This document shows, piece after piece, positions 8,602-15,063 of a stretch of DNA of 32,000 nt; the first letter of the stretch is position 1; each line of letters opens with the position of its first letter. Origin of the DNA: Anaerosporobacter mobilis DSM 15930 (GTDB lineage: Bacteria; Bacillota; Clostridia; Lachnospirales; Lachnospiraceae); assembly GCF_900142955.1 (NCBI RefSeq), contig NZ_FRCP01000019.1, forward strand, positions 117,516 through 149,515. The letters run 5' to 3'. Position numbers and translations under genes: made by a program. The notes under the pieces were generated by a model. The model worked only from the letters and a program-made list of their open reading frames with translations, did not search any database and was not told where the DNA came from.

Positions 8602-10083
8602 TTAATGTTCGTACCACCCAATTGTACCTGGTGCGAGGTTAATATTGATCTGTTTTACCTCTTGATATTCTTCTAGACCATGAACACTTAGTTCACGTCC
8701 CCAACCACTCATCTTATATCCACCCCATGGTGCTTCGTTGAAGGTTGGATTATAGCAATTAATCCAAGTAATTCCAGCCCGAATCTCTTTCACAACTCGT
8801 AATGCTCTTGCTCCATCTGTTGAAAATACCGCTCCTGCCAAACCATATGGAGTATCGTTAGCAAGTGCAATTGCTTCCTCTTCTGTCTTGAATGTCTGTA
8901 TCGTTACGACAGGACCAAAAACTTCTTCTCTTACAATCTTCATATCTGATGTACACTGATCAAAAACTGTTGGACGAATATAGAAACCCTTAGCACATTC
9001 TCCTTGTGTATAACGCGCTCCACCACATACTAAAGTAGCTCCCTCTTCTTTTGCAGTTTCTATGTAACTAAGAATCTTATTCATCTGCTCCTTTGTAATA
9101 ATAGCTCCCATATCTGGATTCTCCATACCAGGTCCAATAGTTATGGCATTCGCTCTCTCTATCAATCTCTTAACAAAGACATCTTTGAAGCTCTCTTCTA
9201 TAATAATTCTTGAACCTGCAGAACAAACTTGACCCGCGTTAAAGAAGATTCCAATCATTGCCCACTCGACCGCACCTTCAAGATCAGCATCTGCAAAGAT
9301 AATGTTTGGTGATTTCCCACCTAACTCCAATCCAACCTTCTTTAAGTTCCCTACCGCATTCTTAGCAATTGCTTGCCCTGTCTTCGTACTTCCTGTGAAA
9401 GTAATCATATCTACATCTAGACTTTCGGAGAATTCGTTTCCTACCTCTGGCCCGTTTCCTAAGACTAAGTTTACGGTGCCTTTTGGTAAGCCAACTTCAT
9501 CAAAGATTTCAAACAATGCAATGGTAGATAACGGTGCATTCTCACTTGGTTTGAATACGATGCAATTACCAGCTGCTAGTGCAGGCGCTAATTTCCAAAC
9601 TGACATTAGCATTGGATAATTCCAAGGAGTGATTTGAGCACAAACACCGACCGGTTCGTGCATACAGTAGGAATGCATCGGGCCAAAACCATCATTGACT
9701 TCATACACCCCACCTTGTGGTTTCGTAATTAATCCAGCATAATACTTAAAGCAAGCTACCGCATCCTCAATATCACATTGGGCTTCTCTTAATGGTTTTC
9801 CATTGTCGAGAGTATCCATCTTAGCTAGTTCATCACGTTTTTGCTCAATCTTACTAGCAATCTTATATAAGTAATCGGCCCTTACTTGACCACATGTTCT
9901 GCGCCATTCTCCCGTTTCATAGAAAGCGGACTTAGCTGCTAATATTGCTTGTTTTGCATCCGCCGCACTACTTTCTGTAGTAATTCCAATTCGCTCTTCA
10001 TTAGAAGGGCATATAATATCTCTCGTTCTACCAGTTACTGACTCTACCCATTCGCCATTGATATAATTTTTCTTAATTTCCAT
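8602..10083 (-). CDS. Aminoaldehyde dehydrogenase (betaine-aldehyde / gamma-aminobutyraldehyde dehydrogenase family, PatD-like role inferred)
   Basis: 493 aa. ALDH motifs ELGGKSP, GQVCSAGSR and FTGST. AAAGGAGGAG RBS. It is the first gene of the cluster. Confidence 0.85.
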   Translation of the reverse strand: MEIKKNYINGEWVESVTGRTRDIICPSNEERIGITTESSAADAKQAILAAKSAFYETGEWRRTCGQVRADYLYKIASKIEQKRDELAKMDTLDNGKPLREAQCDIEDAVACFKYYAGLITKPQGGVYEVNDGFGPMHSYCMHEPVGVCAQITPWNYPMLMSVWKLAPALAAGNCIVFKPSENAPLSTIALFEIFDEVGLPKGTVNLVLGNGPEVGNEFSESLDVDMITFTGSTKTGQAIAKNAVGNLKKVGLELGGKSPNIIFADADLEGAVEWAMIGIFFNAGQVCSAGSRIIIEESFKDVFVKRLIERANAITIGPGMENPDMGAIITKEQMNKILSYIETAKEEGATLVCGGARYTQGECAKGFYIRPTVFDQCTSDMKIVREEVFGPVVTIQTFKTEEEAIALANDTPYGLAGAVFSTDGARALRVVKEIRAGITWINCYNPTFNEAPWGGYKMSGWGRELSVHGLEEYQEVKQININLAPGTIGWYEH

Positions 10084-10166
10084 GCTTTCACTCCTCCTTT
10101 ATAATCTACCAGATTGATATAAATACCACATTTAACCCAACTTATCTTTTCCTACTACTCATATGT

Positions 10167-10200
10167 AAAAAGAGGCATATTGCATATGCAATACACCTCT
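10167..10200 (-). promoter_or_regulatory. Strand-specific hairpin plus U-tract (28-bp near-palindrome, core ATTGCATATGCAAT) in the leader of the polyamine cluster
   Basis: Minus-strand RNA AGAGGUGUAUUGC-AUAU-GCAAUAUGCCUCU forms a 13-bp stem with two G-U pairs, followed by UUUU. The same positions are C-A mismatches on the plus strand. Confidence 0.5.
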
Positions 10201-10211
10201 TTGTTTGTTAT

Positions 10212-10240
10212 ACTATACAACATTTTTCAATTTGCAACAA
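10212..10240 (-). promoter_or_regulatory. Candidate sigma-A promoter for the polyamine cluster
   Basis: Minus strand reads TTGTTG (10240-10235), a 17-nt spacer, then TATAGT (10217-10212). The -35 is weak and I made no other check. Confidence 0.35.
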
Positions 10241-10309
10241 TTCTACCTTAAAACCATTTATCTACTTAAATAGGAGTAGTTATACTTATATTGGGTGATA
10301 ATTTGATAC

Positions 10310-10338
10310 TTGACATTTATCCTAGACAATTGTAGAAT
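10310..10338 (+). promoter_or_regulatory. Sigma-A promoter of the blaI/blaR1-like operon
   Basis: TTGACA (10310-10315), a 17-nt spacer, then TAGAAT (10333-10338). Confidence 0.6.
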
Positions 10339-10359
10339 ATCATTATAGACAGATGTAGA
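10323..10359. promoter_or_regulatory. Twin BlaI/CopY-type operator dyads TAGACAnnTGTAGA
   Basis: TAGACAATTGTAGA at 10323-10336 overlaps the -10. TAGACAGATGTAGA at 10346-10359 lies 23 bp downstream. Both contain an ACAnnTGT core resembling the TACAnnTGTA box of BlaI/MecI/CopY repressors. Confidence 0.55.
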
Positions 10360-10460
10360 TAATTATAAAACTCTTTATCCTGCTTCATGCATACCTGCAT
10401 TACAAGGAATTTCGTAATTATCTATTTATCTTGATACGATGGAAGGAGCATGATTACTAT

Positions 10461-10874
10461 ATGAACAACAATGAAAAAGATATTAGCAGAGAAATTGAGC
10501 TTTCGCGCTTACCTGATACGGAGTTTGAAGTAATGTCCGTTATATGGCGTAACGATCCCCCCGTTACAACTTCTATATTAATGGATCAATTAGGCAATAT
10601 AAAGGGATGGAAACTCCAGACTCTTACAACCTTATTAAACAGACTGATTGATCGACGGTTTCTTAGAAGCGAGAAATTAGGTAAAGAAAGAAATTACTAT
10701 CCCACTGTACATGAAGAGGATTATATTCACTTTGAGACAACTCATTTTGTAAAGCGATATCATAATAATTCTATCTGTAACTTAGTAAGTACATTTTGTG
10801 ACAACACAAAACTTGAAAAACAAGATATCGCAGAATTAAGTGCTTGGCTTAAATCTATGGAAGATAAGATATAG
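10461..10874 (+). CDS. BlaI/MecI/CopY-family winged-helix transcriptional repressor
   Basis: The N-terminal LPDTEFEVMSVIWRNDPPVTTSILMDQL...WKLQTLTTLLNRLIDRRFLRSEK pattern is typical of the penicillinase-repressor family. I place the start at ATG 10461 (GGAAGGAG RBS at 10441-10448) rather than the TTG at 10431. Confidence 0.88.
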   Translation: MNNNEKDISREIELSRLPDTEFEVMSVIWRNDPPVTTSILMDQLGNIKGWKLQTLTTLLNRLIDRRFLRSEKLGKERNYYPTVHEEDYIHFETTHFVKRYHNNSICNLVSTFCDNTKLEKQDIAELSAWLKSMEDKI

Positions 10875-10894
10875 AAAGGAGCAACGTTGTCGTT

Positions 10895-12484
10895 ATGAAT
10901 AGTCTGTTATTAACTTACATGAATAATGGTATTCTAGTATCAATTCTCGTGCTCCTACTATTTCTTTTTCAGAAGATACTTAAGAGATACCTTTCCAATA
11001 TCTGTCTATATCTATGCTGTATAGTACTGCTACTAGCATATCTAATTCCATATCGCCCATTTGCGAAAAATTCACTTTTTACAATAATGACACCGCGGGT
11101 CAATAAAGTGTCCTTGGAATTAGTTAAACTAACTGATTTATCTGATAGCAACTTATATACAGCTTACTCAAGCGAAATACCTTCTAGTATAGACGTAACA
11201 AAAGACGGTTCTAAAACTTTAGTTACTGCAACCTATGAAGCGTTTAAATTGCATATTCTTATATATAAACAAAAACTAAGTCAGCTTTTCTCTTTCCTTA
11301 GTACTTCTCTGTATAACAATCATTTTCTATTGTATGTAATTTGGACTTTTGGTGTATTTATTACATTTAGTTATCATGTAATCAAACATTATCGCTTTTG
11401 TAAAACAATAAAGCGCTTCACAAAACCATTGGTCGATCAATCAAAACTCGAACTATTACATAAGAATCAACAGCAACTAAATGTATACGCTTCCATTACT
11501 TGTAGCGTATGTTCCTCTATTGGAAGTCCTATCACTCTTGGATTATTACACCCAGTCATTATACTTCCTTCCTATTCTTATACAGCGGAAGAACTAGATT
11601 ATATGCTACGACATGAACTTATACATATCAAAAGAAAAGATATCCTAATGCAATGGCTTTTACTAATATGTCTGTCCTTCCATTGGTGGAACCCTATCAT
11701 ATATCTATTCATTCGTTTATGGAAGGATTTTTGTGAAAGCTCTTGTGATAGTATTGTGTTAAACCAAGCTTCTCCTACTGAGCGTATGGCGTATAGCAAG
11801 GTCTTACTAAAAACGGCATTACATCAAAATCAGATACAACAATTATTATTCATTAACTTTTATGGAGGTAAAAAAAGAATGAAAAATCGTTTACAATCTA
11901 TCCTTGATACAAAGCATAAGAAAACGAGTATCTTAACTATTATGGCATTGGCACTTATATTATGTACTACTTCTATCTTTTCTTTTGCTAAAGAAAATAC
12001 CCTTAACAAAGAAGATCCTAATAATATTGCAGACCAAGTAGTCACATCTACTGATTTAAGCACGGTAGTATCAAAGAAAGATATTACAATTGAAACTTCC
12101 ACAGAGGATAAACCTACAGCCTTCTCCATGCAAGACTTTATTGAAGATGTTAAGACCTACGAAGGTGCTTCCTATGAATGGGGAGGTAACACTCCAGAAA
12201 CTGGATTTGATACAAGTGGCTTCACGCAATACATCTATAGTCTCTATGGATATACGCTCCCTAGGACAAGTAGAGAACAACATAACTCCATACCTTCAAT
12301 TGATAGGGCGGATCTAAAAACTGGAGATCTTGTCTTCTATGCAAATGAGGAACAGGAAGTTGGCCATGTAGCAATCTATCTTGGTGACAATCAGGTAATT
12401 CATGCAGCCAATCCCAAAGTGGGAGTAAAAATATCTTCTATCGATTATAGACCTGTTTATAGTATTGGAAGAGTTATTCCGTAA
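10895..12484 (+). CDS. BlaR1/MecR1-like M56 membrane metalloprotease fused to a C-terminal NlpC/P60 domain (Cys to Thr at the nucleophile position)
   Basis: 529 aa. Several N-terminal TM helices, HELIH zinc motif at 11612-11626, and a late TM (ILTIMALALILCTTSIFSFA). The C-terminal block is YEWGGNTPETGFDTSGFTQYIY...GDLVFY...GHVAIYLGDNQVIHAA. GAAAGGAG RBS. Confidence 0.85.
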   Translation: MNSLLLTYMNNGILVSILVLLLFLFQKILKRYLSNICLYLCCIVLLLAYLIPYRPFAKNSLFTIMTPRVNKVSLELVKLTDLSDSNLYTAYSSEIPSSIDVTKDGSKTLVTATYEAFKLHILIYKQKLSQLFSFLSTSLYNNHFLLYVIWTFGVFITFSYHVIKHYRFCKTIKRFTKPLVDQSKLELLHKNQQQLNVYASITCSVCSSIGSPITLGLLHPVIILPSYSYTAEELDYMLRHELIHIKRKDILMQWLLLICLSFHWWNPIIYLFIRLWKDFCESSCDSIVLNQASPTERMAYSKVLLKTALHQNQIQQLLFINFYGGKKRMKNRLQSILDTKHKKTSILTIMALALILCTTSIFSFAKENTLNKEDPNNIADQVVTSTDLSTVVSKKDITIETSTEDKPTAFSMQDFIEDVKTYEGASYEWGGNTPETGFDTSGFTQYIYSLYGYTLPRTSREQHNSIPSIDRADLKTGDLVFYANEEQEVGHVAIYLGDNQVIHAANPKVGVKISSIDYRPVYSIGRVIP

Positions 12485-12516
12485 TTTTTTGAATAACTTA
12501 TCAATTAATATTAATT

Positions 12517-12560
12517 AACGCAATACAGAATATGTTATTTATGTTCTTCTGTATTGCGTT
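12517..12560 (+). terminator. Hairpin terminator after the blaR1-like gene
   Basis: Perfect 14-bp stem AACGCAATACAGAA / TTCTGTATTGCGTT with a 16-nt loop, followed by AT-rich sequence. Confidence 0.65.
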
Positions 12561-12608
12561 ATATTTATTGATATTTCATTCCTTTAACAGTACTTTTCTT
12601 CATCTACC

Positions 12609-12637
12609 TTGACAAAATCTATATTAAGAATTATACT
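12609..12637 (+). promoter_or_regulatory. Sigma-A promoter of the T-box leader
   Basis: TTGACA (12609-12614), a 17-nt spacer, then TATACT (12632-12637). Confidence 0.6.
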
Positions 12638-12651
12638 TGATAAAAATAACA

Positions 12652-12941
12652 AAAGCGTTGAAGAGAGAAAGTAATTCTATCTTATTTCCCCAGAGAGTTC
12701 CGGTAGCTGAGAAGGAATGAATGCAGATTGAATGAAACAAGTCTTGGAGCTTCATACGGATTCGAAATCGATGATGCTATGACGGTAGTTCCCGTTACAG
12801 AACTAAAGTATAAGACGAGTGAAAGAATCACTACTATAACGCTCTGTACTTGACGAGATTTCTATGGCGACATAGGAATGAAATAGGGTGGTACCGCGAA
12901 TCATTCGCCCCTACGCATAACTGTAGGAGGTGATTTTTTTT
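12652..12941 (+). promoter_or_regulatory. T-box riboswitch leader (tRNA-sensing transcription attenuator)
   Basis: Stem I has a GA/K-turn base, AGUA/GAA S-turn, AG bay AGAGAG (12692-12697) and distal loop GGUAGCUGAGAA (12702-12713). F-box CCGUUA is at 12792-12797 and the T-box sequence AAAUAGGGUGGUACCGCG at 12881-12898. The terminator UCGCCCCUAC...GUAGGAGGUGA plus U8 ends at 12941. Confidence 0.9.
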
Positions 12942-13043
12942 ACCCTTTTTTAATTATAATTTAATTTGGTTTTTCACTTGGTCTTTGACCTTTTGAAACC
13001 TAACCAAATTTAGTATTCTAAAAGTAGAAAGGATGATTCGTAT

Positions 13044-15008
13044 ATGAGACCCTTATTCCCAAAAAGAGCGGTCGTTACCGCAGGTATGCCTTATGGCAAT
13101 AAAGAATTACATTTTGGCCATATAGGAGGTGTGTTTGTTCATGCAGACACTTACGCTAGATTTCTTCGAGATCGTATTGGAGAAGACAATGTAATCTTCG
13201 TATCAGGTACCGATTGCTATGGTTCACCAATCTTAGAAAGTTATAGAAAACTAGAAAAGAACGATTCTATTATCATACAAGATTACGTTCGAAGTAATCA
13301 CATAAAACAAAAAGAAGCTTTAGACGACTACGAAATCAGTCTTGATCTTTTTGCAGCATCTGCACTTGATAAAGCAGCTGATGTTCATAACGAAGTATCT
13401 GCTACCATCTTCAAGAAACTCTATAAAAAAGGTGCTTTGAAGAAACTAAAGAATTCACAATTCTATGATCCAGAATTCAAGGTGCTATTAAATGGCCGCC
13501 AAGTCGTTGGTAAATGTCCGATTCAAGGTTGTTCTTCTGATAAAGCCTATGCTGACGAGTGTTCACTGGGGCACCAATATATGCCTTCTGATTTAATTGA
13601 TCCAGTTAGCACCTTATCAGGTTTGAAACCAGAGGTAACCGATGTTACAAATTGGTATTTTGATTTGGAAGCTTACCTCGAACTCCTGAAAGAACGGAAT
13701 GATTACTTACGTTTGAATACCAATCATCGCAAATACCTTATCAATACCATAGAAGAGTTTTTGAAGAAACCTTGTATCTATGTGAAGAAAGACTATGCTG
13801 AAATTGTAACTACTTTGCAAGACCAACTTCCAAGTTTTGAGATTGATGAGCAATCAAACAAATCCTCTCTCACTCTTGTGTTTCATACATTAACTCAACG
13901 TGAAGCAGCCCAAGAACTTCTATCTTCTCATGGTGTACAATACCGAACAGGTAAAACACTTGTACCATTCCGTCTTACTGGTAATATTGAATGGGGAGTT
14001 CCTGTTCCACAAGTAGATTCTGATGATACACCACTTACCTTCTGGGTTTGGCCAGAATCCTTATGGGCACCAATCTCATTCACTAAGACTTATCTTATGG
14101 AACACGGAGAGGCTGAAGACGCTTGGAAAGACTGGTGGAATTCCAAAGACTCAATGGTATATCAGTTTATTGGAGAAGATAATATCTACTTCTATGGTAT
14201 TGCGGAAATGGGAGTATTCATGGCTCTACAAGATTATGATAGTAAGATTACGCCAGATGATGGCCAATTACAACTACCTCATCTAATTGCTAACAATCAC
14301 ATCCTATTCCTAGATAAGAAGGCAAGTAGTAGTTCTGATATTAAGCCACCTATGGCTAAGGAATTGCTATCTTATTATACGCCAGAACAATTAAGAATTC
14401 ATTTTCTTAGTCTTGGCTTATCTACTAAGAGTGTTAGTTTTATGCCGAAACCTTATATTCCAGGTGCCGACCCGAAAGCAGCTGATACTGTTTTAAAAGA
14501 AGGCAACTTATTAACCAATGTATTCAATAGACTTGTGCGTTCTTGTTTCTACACGGTTCAGAAATACTACGATAGCAAGATTCCTGAGGGTGCAATTACC
14601 CCTTCCATACTAGAAGAGGGCAAGAATGCAATCCTTGATTTTGAACGTGGTATGTATAATCATGAATTTCATTCTTTAACCTACTTACTAGACACCTATA
14701 TTAGAAATGCGAATAAATACTGGGTTAATTCTATGAAGCAGGCCGAATCTACAGGTAATGATGAACTTCGTAAACAAGTACTGATAGATTCCTTCCATTC
14801 GGTACGTGTTACTATGACCTTATTACACTCCATTGCTCCTACTGGTTGTGAAATGATTCAAGCTTATCTCCACGCCGATAAAGAGATTTGGAACTGGGAC
14901 TATATCTTCGAACCACTTACTTTTTTCCTAGATTCTAATGTACCAATGGAATACCTCGAACCAAAGGTTGACTTTTTCAAAAAACATGAAAGCCAATTTT
15001 TTATTTAA
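13044..15008 (+). CDS. metG: Methionyl-tRNA synthetase family class-I ligase (divergent: KMSKS replaced by KASSS, no C-terminal tRNA-binding appendix)
   Basis: 654 aa. PYGNKELHFGH (HIGH-type motif), SGTDCYGSPI, YDPE, Cys/His knuckle CPIQGC...DECSLGH and FIGEDNIYFY all align with E. coli-type MetRS. GAAAGGATG RBS. The gene lies downstream of the T-box. Confidence 0.8.
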   Translation: MRPLFPKRAVVTAGMPYGNKELHFGHIGGVFVHADTYARFLRDRIGEDNVIFVSGTDCYGSPILESYRKLEKNDSIIIQDYVRSNHIKQKEALDDYEISLDLFAASALDKAADVHNEVSATIFKKLYKKGALKKLKNSQFYDPEFKVLLNGRQVVGKCPIQGCSSDKAYADECSLGHQYMPSDLIDPVSTLSGLKPEVTDVTNWYFDLEAYLELLKERNDYLRLNTNHRKYLINTIEEFLKKPCIYVKKDYAEIVTTLQDQLPSFEIDEQSNKSSLTLVFHTLTQREAAQELLSSHGVQYRTGKTLVPFRLTGNIEWGVPVPQVDSDDTPLTFWVWPESLWAPISFTKTYLMEHGEAEDAWKDWWNSKDSMVYQFIGEDNIYFYGIAEMGVFMALQDYDSKITPDDGQLQLPHLIANNHILFLDKKASSSSDIKPPMAKELLSYYTPEQLRIHFLSLGLSTKSVSFMPKPYIPGADPKAADTVLKEGNLLTNVFNRLVRSCFYTVQKYYDSKIPEGAITPSILEEGKNAILDFERGMYNHEFHSLTYLLDTYIRNANKYWVNSMKQAESTGNDELRKQVLIDSFHSVRVTMTLLHSIAPTGCEMIQAYLHADKEIWNWDYIFEPLTFFLDSNVPMEYLEPKVDFFKKHESQFFI

Positions 15009-15020
15009 CTCTATTAAAAA

Positions 15021-15054
15021 AGGACAAAAGTGCTGACAATTGCACTTTTGTCCT
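15021..15054. terminator. Shared hairpin terminator between the convergent metG-like and MCP genes
   Basis: 13-bp stem AGGACAAAAGTGC / GCACTTTTGTCCT with an 8-nt loop. An A-run on the plus-strand 5' side gives a U-tract for the minus-strand transcript. Confidence 0.7.
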
Positions 15055-15063
15055 TAAATCTAA

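Noticed and set aside
12717-12723. Two adjacent AUG triplets (GGAAUGAAUGCA) as candidate Met specifier codons of the T-box
   Set aside because: In my Stem I fold they lie in the helix between the specifier loop and the AG bay/distal loop. That is too close to the distal platform to act as the specifier.
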